Shown here piece by piece: positions 9,169 to 17,590 of a stretch of 32,000 bases of DNA. The stretch's first letter is position 1. Every line of letters starts with the position of its first letter. The notes under the pieces were generated by a model, which was not told where the DNA came from, did no database searches, and was given only the letters and a program-made list of their open reading frames with translations. Made by a program: the position numbers and the translations under genes. This DNA comes from Candidatus Harpocratesius repetitus (GTDB lineage Archaea > Asgardarchaeota > Lokiarchaeia > Sigyniarchaeales > Promethearchaeaceae): contig JAIZWK010000001.1 of the NCBI GenBank assembly GCA_021498095.1, positions 1,920,001-1,952,000 on the forward strand. The letters run 5' to 3'.

Positions 9169-12100
9169 ATGAGTGAGTGTAATCAATGCGGTGCTACTAT
9201 TGAAGACGAAAACGCTCGATTTTGTCGTGCTTGTGGTGCAGAAATTCGCCCAGCCGAAGTAATTTTCGCCTCAACTTTGGATGAAGATGCATCTACCATT
9301 CAAAAAATGGTTCATAATTTAAAAAATACATATTATGAAATTTACTATAAAATCAACACCTTATTCTATGAAAAAACATCAAATCTATTTCATAAAAGGA
9401 TGTATTTGGAAAATAATCTTAAAATTCTTGAAAAAGCAGATTTAGATGATCGTTCTGAAAGATTGGATGAAATTAATCTTGGTCTTAAATCTGTTGCTCA
9501 AAATATAAGAGCAGAAACTGAAAATTTGCAGACTAATTTTTCCAATGCATCAAGGTTATATGATGAAGGAGAATTTATTCCAGCAAAAATCGCATTTCAT
9601 GACCTTCATAATACAACACGGAAATTAGGATTTTACTCTTGGTTGAATGAAATCATAAGAAATCAACATCAGATACAAGAAAATATTAAATGTTTGCATG
9701 CACTTGAGCGAGTTTTAATTCCAGAAGAAAGATCTGATATTACTCCTGAAGAACTCAAATCTCAACTAAGTTATTTATATTACAAAACTCTACAAATAGA
9801 GAATTTCATCAAAAATCGAAATGAATCGGTTAAAAATCCTTTAAAAATTCATAAAACTGTTTTAGATCGATTAGAAAGTCAAAAAACTCAACTAATTAGT
9901 CAAATTGAGAGTGATTTTAAAAAACTCCCTGAATTTAATTTTGGAAATAAAATAAACTATTTCTTCAAAACCACCATCCAAAATATAAAGATCACTTTAC
10001 ACTTGATTAAATTTGATAGATTACTAAAAATCGGACAAGATTATAGTAATCTTCCTAGAGCATTAAAAAGCTTGCAGGATGCTCAAAAATTATCAGAAAA
10101 TCCTGATATTTTGATTTATTCTGATAAAAAATTGGAAATGGAGTTAATAATCAAGCAAATTATGGATATGATTGCTGATTTCACAAATGAAAAAGATCAA
10201 GCTGTAAATCAAGCTTTAGAATTGGCTTTGGATTTTGAATTCGATAAAGCTATACAAATTTTGAATGAAAAAGAGCAATATCTAACTCAATATTCAATGG
10301 AAGGATTAATAAAAGAACTTCAAATACAGCAAAATATATGTAAATTTAATAAGGAAATTAATTCCGAATTAGAGCAAATTAACTCTGTTTATGAAAATGG
10401 TGATTATTTAGAAGCTTTTCAATTAATGGAGACAACTAAAAAGAAATTAGATGAAATTGATGAAAACTTAGAAATATTAGAAAATATACAAACAAAAATT
10501 AAAGATTATGAAAACAAAATATTGAAAAGCCGAAATGAGGGAGAATCCTTATTAAATCAAGAATTGGATGAAATTTGGAAATCTCTTGCTGAAGATCTTG
10601 ATTTTGAGAAAGCGCGTAATGCAATAAATGATCAACTTTCGATAGTTAATAAACAAAAATATCACTCTACTCAAAAAAGAATTGAAGATTTACTAGAAAA
10701 TTTGGAATTAAATTACGAAGCATATAAAGATTATAATGAAATTGTTAACCTTCATCAACAAAAACAATTGAAGATCGCTCAAGAAAAATTAAGCAATTTA
10801 AAGAAAAAGATCGAAAAGAATGCAAATAATTACATAAATGAGCTTCAACAACTTATTTCATCATTAGAAAAGGAATTAAATATTTTAACTGAAGAAGAAG
10901 CTAAAACAATTCAACAAGATATTAATAAAGCCCAAAGTTTACTTGTAAATCAACTAGAATTTTTCCAAGCAACAGAAATTCTATCTAATTGCAAAAATAG
11001 AGCTATAAATGCAGGATTAGAAAAATTTATTAAAATAATTGATGATTTGGCTCAAAGAATTGTCGACAATCAACGAATTCAAACAGAGCAAGTTAGTTAT
11101 GAATCGAAGATTCAAGAAGGATTTCTACAACAAGCCAAAGATGGATTAACTTCCCTTTTACAAACTGTAACTCATAATCAAGAGAAATATGAACCTCTTC
11201 TAATAAAGCAACTACAAAAAGTAATCGAGAAATTAGATAATAAAATTAAAGAAAAAGAGCATGAAATTGAAACAAAGATTGATGCATTCCATGATAAAAT
11301 GGATGAATCTTTGGATTTTGCTCCTGCTGAATTATTACTTAACGAGATTGATCAACAAATTCAAACATCTGGATTGGAGAAATTTAATAAAGTTCTATCA
11401 GAATTACGCCAAAAGGTAGAACATAATCGGTCGAAATTGATGGAATATGAAGAATTACAAAAAGTATTTGAAGAGGGAGATATTCATCAAGCCGAGCGTC
11501 AAGCCAAAAACCTTTTGAATTCAATTGAAAAAGAATTAAAGAAATCCCCACGATTTTATAGCGTTGCACTCAAAGATGCAGTATCCTTATTATATTCTGA
11601 AATTCAAACTGCATTGAAGGATGGAAAGGAAAAACTTACAACAGATTTTCAAGAAATTCAAAAACGAGTACATACTGCATTAGATTTTACTGAAATTCTA
11701 CAGTTATTAAAGAATTATCAAATTCGAGCTCAAAGATTAGGAGAAGATGTATTAAAAACTCAAATTGTTGTGTTAGAAAATCAAGTACTACAAAACTCAG
11801 AAATCATCGAAAAACACAATTTACTTGCCCAGAAATATTCAAAAATGGAAGATTTTATTGTTACACTTAGAGAAATAAAAAACCTCGTTAATCAAGTTAA
11901 AGATAATATTGCTATTTTTGATCAAATTAAAATTGTGGTTCAGTCATTACAAAATCGAGTTGAAAGTGATAACGAAAAACGTGAAGAACAAATTAGGAAA
12001 TCTTTACAAAATATTGTTGAAACTGAATTGAATGCCTTAGATTTTACTAAAGCTGCAGAATCTTTAATGAAATTAAAGGAAAGTGCACAAAGTTTAGCAA

Positions 12101-12972
12101 TTAATCAATTTAATGCTGAAATTAATCAATATTTGCTAATGTGTCAATCCCATAAGAATTTCAAAATTAGAATTGATAATGCTTTAGTAAAAGAGAAGGC
12201 TGGCCAGATTATTGAAGCTCGAGCTGTACTCGAAGATATTAAAAGTGATTTAGATCACCACGATAGTCCAGTTTTAGATGCATTAAATCATTATTTGGAT
12301 AAAAACTATGAGCGGATAAGTAATTTAATTTCAAGTGAAATTGAAAAAATAACTAAAGATGTAAAAGATCGACTGTTTAAATTAATTGAAGGTAAACAAG
12401 GAGAAGTTGCATATTTTGTTTTAGAAGAACATCTTGAACGCGCGCGCTATTTACAAGCATCTGATTTAGTAAAAGAAATAAATGATTTAATGAAACTTTG
12501 CACTTTACAATTCGATCCTACAGATAAAAAATACCGTAAGAAAAAGAAAAAGCGCCAAAAAATAGATATTGAATCACAAATTGAACAAGCTTTAGAAAAA
12601 ACAACGATGATCGCTACTTCAGAACAAGCGCAAGTAGTTGAATCGAAAAAAGCAGGTATTCAAACCATATTGGTTAAATATGATTTTGATGCTCAAGAAA
12701 AGACTCCACATTTTAACACGACTAAAGAATTGCGTGAATACAAACGAAAACAGCGAATATTAAAACAAGCAAGAGTTATTAAACCCCCTAAGGTAACAGA
12801 AAACTTGAATAATCATGTAAGATCTTCTGTAACTCGTGCCAGATTGCAAGCTTTTGATCGTCAAGCAAATAGACCTTTAAAGCGCGCTGAGAATAAAAAA
12901 TGTTTATCTTGTGGATATATTCAAAAACAGACTCATAACGTTTTCTGTGAATTTTGTGGTAATCCTTTATAA
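9169..12972 (+). CDS. Large alpha-helical repeat protein with Zn ribbons at both termini
   Basis: N-terminal CNQCG..FCRACG, C-terminal CLSCG..FCEFCG; central E/K/L/Q/N-rich helical repeats; basic patch KKYRKKKKKRQK; no NTPase motif. Confidence 0.85.
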   Translation: MSECNQCGATIEDENARFCRACGAEIRPAEVIFASTLDEDASTIQKMVHNLKNTYYEIYYKINTLFYEKTSNLFHKRMYLENNLKILEKADLDDRSERLDEINLGLKSVAQNIRAETENLQTNFSNASRLYDEGEFIPAKIAFHDLHNTTRKLGFYSWLNEIIRNQHQIQENIKCLHALERVLIPEERSDITPEELKSQLSYLYYKTLQIENFIKNRNESVKNPLKIHKTVLDRLESQKTQLISQIESDFKKLPEFNFGNKINYFFKTTIQNIKITLHLIKFDRLLKIGQDYSNLPRALKSLQDAQKLSENPDILIYSDKKLEMELIIKQIMDMIADFTNEKDQAVNQALELALDFEFDKAIQILNEKEQYLTQYSMEGLIKELQIQQNICKFNKEINSELEQINSVYENGDYLEAFQLMETTKKKLDEIDENLEILENIQTKIKDYENKILKSRNEGESLLNQELDEIWKSLAEDLDFEKARNAINDQLSIVNKQKYHSTQKRIEDLLENLELNYEAYKDYNEIVNLHQQKQLKIAQEKLSNLKKKIEKNANNYINELQQLISSLEKELNILTEEEAKTIQQDINKAQSLLVNQLEFFQATEILSNCKNRAINAGLEKFIKIIDDLAQRIVDNQRIQTEQVSYESKIQEGFLQQAKDGLTSLLQTVTHNQEKYEPLLIKQLQKVIEKLDNKIKEKEHEIETKIDAFHDKMDESLDFAPAELLLNEIDQQIQTSGLEKFNKVLSELRQKVEHNRSKLMEYEELQKVFEEGDIHQAERQAKNLLNSIEKELKKSPRFYSVALKDAVSLLYSEIQTALKDGKEKLTTDFQEIQKRVHTALDFTEILQLLKNYQIRAQRLGEDVLKTQIVVLENQVLQNSEIIEKHNLLAQKYSKMEDFIVTLREIKNLVNQVKDNIAIFDQIKIVVQSLQNRVESDNEKREEQIRKSLQNIVETELNALDFTKAAESLMKLKESAQSLAINQFNAEINQYLLMCQSHKNFKIRIDNALVKEKAGQIIEARAVLEDIKSDLDHHDSPVLDALNHYLDKNYERISNLISSEIEKITKDVKDRLFKLIEGKQGEVAYFVLEEHLERARYLQASDLVKEINDLMKLCTLQFDPTDKKYRKKKKKRQKIDIESQIEQALEKTTMIATSEQAQVVESKKAGIQTILVKYDFDAQEKTPHFNTTKELREYKRKQRILKQARVIKPPKVTENLNNHVRSSVTRARLQAFDRQANRPLKRAENKKCLSCGYIQKQTHNVFCEFCGNPL
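10228..12393 (+). repeat. Six tandem protein repeats of 119-123 aa
   Basis: L[DE]F anchors at nt 10228, 10597, 10954, 11311, 11680, 12037 (spacings 369, 357, 357, 369, 357 nt); a degenerate seventh unit starts at about 12394. Confidence 0.8.
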
Positions 12973-13026
12973 TTCTTGAATATATGAAATTTAATCGTGA
13001 ATTCTATTTTTCACATTTTTAGTTTC

Positions 13027-14912
13027 CCTTCTTTAACAGAATTTTGCTTTCAGACATGTCATTAATCCAGATCCCCACGATTGGGTAAGAAATTCTCCGG
13101 CTGATAGGGTTTGAGTAATTTTTGCTAGTATTTTTCTATTCACATTTTTATGCCAGATTTTTGCTTTCCGGATTGTTTGCGGCTTGTATCTTGAAGATTT
13201 CAGAGATTTTATCAGTCTGTAATAATGCCATGAATTGCAAAGTAGAGAGGCGATGATAAAGCGAATATGACGGGCTTGGACACTCCGTTTTTTACATGGG
13301 ATCCAAAATTTGTCCTTAATGCTTTGAAAGGCACTTTCTATGCCCCATCGCTGGTGGTAGCCTGTAGCAACTTGCATAACTTCATCTTTAGCTGAATCTA
13401 TCGTTTCATCTAAGCGACAATTGACACAAAAAAACATCAGACGCTTACATAAATTTTGTTTCTTCTTTCTCAGGTTTTTTAGTTGAGCATAAAGCCCTCT
13501 ACATGTTTCATAGTGGGACCTTTCTTCATCAATCTTGAATCCTTTCCGATGTTTGCCTTTATAATTTAATTTTTTTGCGTTGTCCTTTGAATAATACTTC
13601 AATCGAAATTTAATATAGTGTCTCTCTGCGAGCTCTAGTTCCGATTCCAGTTTAAGAAGGTTTTGTTCTATTTTTTGTGCCTTTTTACGTGCCCACGACA
13701 AGCTTTGCTTCCGTTTACGGTTTGAATAGGCATCAAATGTCGCTATTGAGTAGAATGGTACCAAATGTCGAGTTCCTTTTGAATTAGACGCGAAATAGTG
13801 AAGCGTTGTCTTGATCAAGCCTTTATCATAATGTCCAAGTTCAATTTTGTCAATTTCAATATCTTTTCTTGAAGAATCCAGCAAAAATTCCCATTTTTTT
13901 GAAATGCCATCACGCATTTTTTTGGGGATACAAAAGCGTGGATTATGTGTAGGGTCTTTTGAGGGTGAAAATTTTCCTAAAGTGGCCCATGCAAACCCAA
14001 TCCCTTGATAATACTCTCGATCTCCATAAATTGCCTTCACATTGATATTTTGAGATTCAGCTTTTATTACTTCTTTTGCTATCAGTGAAAGCCAGTCAGG
14101 AGGGGCTTTTCGTTTATAGTGGCTTCCTGTTGCATATTTTGGTTGAGTTTGAATAATAAATTGGCTAGTAGTGTCGTATATGCCAACTTCAGAAAAGGCT
14201 TTACCATACATTTCCTTTTGTCCAATATATCCAACAGGTTGACAATGATTGGGCTTGATTCCGGTATATTCCTTAACTGTAGGATCGATTGCAGTAGAGA
14301 TGGTTTGGTTTTGCAGTGCTTTTTTCTTTAAATTTCTCCGCATAAATGTCTGTTGCTCTTGCAATATGCGATCTGCTTTCACAGGTCTAATTGTGTCAAA
14401 AGTTTCGTTTTGCGTTTTATACGTAGTTCTAAAGAGAGATTTGCCTCTATTCTTTCTATTATTCATTAAAAATGCTTTCATCATTCCGATAGGGTCTGTT
14501 TGTTCGCTTATCCATTGAATAAGCGAGTATGTATATTGTCCTATCTCACTTAGCAAATGTTGGGCTTGTTTGAAACTTGTATGGCATATAATTTGGGTCA
14601 AAGTTGACAAAACAAGATTGTTTGACTGAGTGGGTGTTATTTTGGGTTGCTTTTCCTTGACACGCTCAGCATTGAATAATGTGGTCAGAATACCGAAAGC
14701 TTTATTGGTTGGCAATACTTGGTTTGACATTGGATGGTGTGCCCTCGGGCAGTAATTTGGAATAGTTCGGCGACTTAACCAAATTCGCCATCCCTTTTGA
14801 ATCTATCGCCATATTTCTTGTTGTTTTGTAGATTCGATTTCCATGTCACGCAAGTTATTTTGATTCTAAGATTTTTCTCTCATCCTTCTTTGAAAGAATT
14901 CCGTTTTGCTTT
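13027..14912 (-). mobile_element. Putative insertion sequence, boundaries uncertain
   Basis: Intact transposase; segment visibly GC-richer than its flanks; imperfect direct repeat at 13027-13050 and 14884-14912; no convincing terminal inverted repeats or target duplication found. Confidence 0.5.
13033..14730 (-). CDS. DDE transposase, IS4 superfamily-like (ISH3/IS1634-like)
   Basis: AIDPT (D149), YGDREY (D237), YHQRWGIESAFQSIK (E465; Y-x2-R-W-x-I-E-x2-F-x2-x-K signature), followed by the LLCNSW helix. Confidence 0.85.
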   Translation of the reverse strand: MSNQVLPTNKAFGILTTLFNAERVKEKQPKITPTQSNNLVLSTLTQIICHTSFKQAQHLLSEIGQYTYSLIQWISEQTDPIGMMKAFLMNNRKNRGKSLFRTTYKTQNETFDTIRPVKADRILQEQQTFMRRNLKKKALQNQTISTAIDPTVKEYTGIKPNHCQPVGYIGQKEMYGKAFSEVGIYDTTSQFIIQTQPKYATGSHYKRKAPPDWLSLIAKEVIKAESQNINVKAIYGDREYYQGIGFAWATLGKFSPSKDPTHNPRFCIPKKMRDGISKKWEFLLDSSRKDIEIDKIELGHYDKGLIKTTLHYFASNSKGTRHLVPFYSIATFDAYSNRKRKQSLSWARKKAQKIEQNLLKLESELELAERHYIKFRLKYYSKDNAKKLNYKGKHRKGFKIDEERSHYETCRGLYAQLKNLRKKKQNLCKRLMFFCVNCRLDETIDSAKDEVMQVATGYHQRWGIESAFQSIKDKFWIPCKKRSVQARHIRFIIASLLCNSWHYYRLIKSLKSSRYKPQTIRKAKIWHKNVNRKILAKITQTLSAGEFLTQSWGSGLMTCLKAKFC

Positions 14913-15051
14913 ATGAATGCCGAAGCTTGAAATGAATGGAGTGAATTTGAGTCGAAAATCTTTGTTTTGAAAAAGAAATTAGAATAATTAGAAATAATTA
15001 TTTATGTGTTTTTTTTCTTCATTTTTAATACACTTAAATCTTCATTCAATT

Positions 15052-15564
15052 ATGAATTCTGAAGTAAAAATCTGGATTGAAAAATTATCTCTAACTCCTT
15101 ATCCAGAAGGTGGTTATTATCGTGAATCTTACCGCAGTTCTCAAATTATTCCCGGAAATGTATACGTACCTCCTCGATCTGAAAATCGTGTTTCTGCAAC
15201 CAGTATTTATTTTCTACTTGAAGGAGATCAACATTCCAGCTGGCATAGGCTGAATTCTGATGAAATTTGGTATTTTCATTCAGGAACAACAGTAATTATT
15301 CACACTTTTTCTCAAGAGGGCAAATATTGTCGATTTTTCCTAGATAATCAACTTCAACCAAATCATTATCCACAAATTTTAATATCTGCTGGAACAATTT
15401 TTGGAGCAGAATTGCTGGATAATTCTCAATATGCTTTGATGGGATGCATGGTTACTCCAGGTTTTGATTTTACTGACTTTAGTATTATTTCTCATCAAGA
15501 ACTGCTTATAAAATATCCCAATTTATCTACAATAATACTAAAATTAAGAATAAAAGAAGAATAA
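15052..15564 (+). CDS. Cupin, DUF985/Cupin_5 family
   Basis: LSLTPYPEGGYYRESYRS, ATSIYFLL, WHRL.SDEIWYFHSG, LMGCMVTPGFDFTDF; ATG 15052 preferred over 15004. Confidence 0.9.
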   Translation: MNSEVKIWIEKLSLTPYPEGGYYRESYRSSQIIPGNVYVPPRSENRVSATSIYFLLEGDQHSSWHRLNSDEIWYFHSGTTVIIHTFSQEGKYCRFFLDNQLQPNHYPQILISAGTIFGAELLDNSQYALMGCMVTPGFDFTDFSIISHQELLIKYPNLSTIILKLRIKEE

Positions 15565-15622
15565 ATATAAAATTGGGAAAAAATTAGTAGAAAAATTAAT
15601 TTTATCATTTCAGATATCTAAA

Positions 15623-16333
15623 TTATTTTAAATCGGCAAAAATACGTACCAAAATGATAAAAATTCGAATTAACACAATAATGAAATCAAGAAATATATC
15701 AATAACTGCCACCATCCAATATCCAGCAGCAATTTTTAAAGGTAATGTAGCACCATCATAAACAGTTATTCCCATGATCCATATTAAACTTAAAATACTT
15801 ATGAAAATAAACCATCCTGACATTTGGCTGATAAAAATTGATAAGCTCCATTCCATAATGATTATTATAAAGCCAAAAATCAGAAAAGAAACAATATATT
15901 TATGACTGAAATTTTTACGGAAAGTATAGCCAATAAATAAAGCACCTCCAACAGCAAAAACTCCAATAATTGAAGCTGCAACAAATAAATCCTTTGCTAA
16001 AGATAATCCAACTTCAAGAGCACCTGAATAAAGAACGAATGAATTTAAAATACCTGTAATAAACGCTGCTGCAAAAAATAATAATCGAGAAATTTCATTT
16101 TGTTGGCGTGCAGCTAATATTATTGTAACAATCCAAATAATAAAATAACCAATACTTAAAGCAATGATTATTCCAATTGAAGGAATGATTGCTTTACCTG
16201 TAATATAACCTGAGAAAAACAACGCTGAAAATGCCCAAATTGCTGCTCCAAAAAACAGCGTAGGCATTGTTTTACTATAAAAATCATCACCAATTGGTTC
16301 TTCTTCTACATCGACTTCTCCAAAATATTTCAT
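15623..16333 (-). CDS. Bax inhibitor-1/YccA (TMBIM) family membrane protein
   Basis: Seven TM helices, N-terminal FYSKT..L, C-terminal VYD(193)...FLD(216)FI; GGGTGA RBS upstream. Confidence 0.8.
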   Translation of the reverse strand: MKYFGEVDVEEEPIGDDFYSKTMPTLFFGAAIWAFSALFFSGYITGKAIIPSIGIIIALSIGYFIIWIVTIILAARQQNEISRLLFFAAAFITGILNSFVLYSGALEVGLSLAKDLFVAASIIGVFAVGGALFIGYTFRKNFSHKYIVSFLIFGFIIIIMEWSLSIFISQMSGWFIFISILSLIWIMGITVYDGATLPLKIAAGYWMVAVIDIFLDFIIVLIRIFIILVRIFADLK

Positions 16334-16402
16334 TATAATTCACCCTTTTTCCTTTTATATCAATAACTTATTAAAAAATCAGAAATAATAAAGTTTTTGC
16401 AC

Positions 16403-17590
16403 TTAGTGTGAAGTTTTAGCATGATAATACTGCATCAATTGATGTTCTAAAAATTCCTTGTTCACCCATACAATACCTTTTCGCTGCTCTTCTTCAGGTC
16501 CAATTTCTGAAATGCTTGTTTCAGGTAATAATCGCAGAAAACGAGCATTGCCAATCTTTTTTCCATCATATGTTGAAGTACTAAACAAAGAAATTAAACG
16601 ATTATCCCAAAATAGATGATAACCTTCGCTAAATTTTTGATGACCTCTAATAAATAGATTAAAACCATTTAGTTCCATAAAATCTCGAAAAGCTTGCTCG
16701 CTAAATCTTGGTCGTCCAGTTCTGGGTGTTGGAGCAACCATTTCTTTTAATTCAGGATCTGGATCTGACCAAAGAATTGTTTGGGAATAAACATCCATAT
16801 CAAAATGTTCAAGTTGATAACAATTTAGATTAGATTCTATCTCATCTATTCGAATTGGGGCATAATTTGAGACATCAAATGGTATTCCTCCATGAACTAC
16901 TAGTCCCTGTTTATTCCCACTTCGAAATATTAATCCTAAAGGTAATTTGCTGAAAAAATCTGTAATAAGCTTCCATATCATTTCAAAACGCTCACGGGAT
17001 TGTGCTTTTTCAAATAGATGCTGCGAAAAACCATATCTGGAGCAAACTGATGAATCTTCGTGATTTCCACGTAAAATAAATACATTATCTGGAAAAAGGA
17101 TCCAAAATGAGAGAATAAAGGCTAAATTTTGTAAATCATAAGGATTTCGATCCACAATATCTCCAATCCAAATTACTTTGACTTTTGGATTTACTTGAAA
17201 TACCTTTATGAAGTAATCAATCATTAAATACGTATCATCAAATGAACCATGTGTATCTCCAACAAAATAATACGTATAATCTGGTGTTTGCATGTCTCGA
17301 ATAAATTTATGATATTTCTCAGTTGTATATTTATGTTCTAAGAGTTTTTCGGCCATTAGAAATAGATTCTCATAGTTTTCTAACAAATCAACGGGTTCTG
17401 ATTTGAATTTTTCTGAACCAGCAGCAAAATACCGAAAAAACCATTGCCACACATATTGAGGTGGATTCAAGTTTCCAATATAATAAAGTTGATCTCTTAA
17501 TTCATTTGGGATTTGATTTGCATTTGATTGTGTAATTTTAATCAACCTCTTGAGCGTATATTTTAAAGGGAATTCGATATGTTTTTCCAT
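16403..17590 (-). CDS. PPP-family Ser/Thr protein phosphatase
   Basis: GDTHG, GDIVDR, LRGNHE, HGG, LWSDP, RGHQ, FSTSTY; start overlaps the kinase 3' end by 53 nt. Confidence 0.92.
   Translation of the reverse strand: MEKHIEFPLKYTLKRLIKITQSNANQIPNELRDQLYYIGNLNPPQYVWQWFFRYFAAGSEKFKSEPVDLLENYENLFLMAEKLLEHKYTTEKYHKFIRDMQTPDYTYYFVGDTHGSFDDTYLMIDYFIKVFQVNPKVKVIWIGDIVDRNPYDLQNLAFILSFWILFPDNVFILRGNHEDSSVCSRYGFSQHLFEKAQSRERFEMIWKLITDFFSKLPLGLIFRSGNKQGLVVHGGIPFDVSNYAPIRIDEIESNLNCYQLEHFDMDVYSQTILWSDPDPELKEMVAPTPRTGRPRFSEQAFRDFMELNGFNLFIRGHQKFSEGYHLFWDNRLISLFSTSTYDGKKIGNARFLRLLPETSISEIGPEEEQRKGIVWVNKEFLEHQLMQYYHAKTSH

Noticed and set aside
9169-12972. SMC/Rad50-like ATPase interpretation of the large helical protein
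   Set aside because: No Walker A/B or ABC signature; regular repeats rather than a hinge-centred coiled coil.
14701-14812. 36-aa upstream ORF (MAIDSKG...) overlapping the transposase start as a frameshifted N-terminus
   Set aside because: No slippery site or recognisable domain; the main ORF has its own ATG.
12961-15060. Terminal inverted repeats and target-site duplication for the IS
   Set aside because: Only short AT-rich matches (e.g. CAGAATT, 7 nt); not distinguishable from chance.
17538-17590. Programmed frameshift fusing kinase and phosphatase
   Set aside because: The phosphatase has its own ATG in the overlap and there is no X-XXY-YYZ slippery heptamer (only A5); simple overlap explains it.
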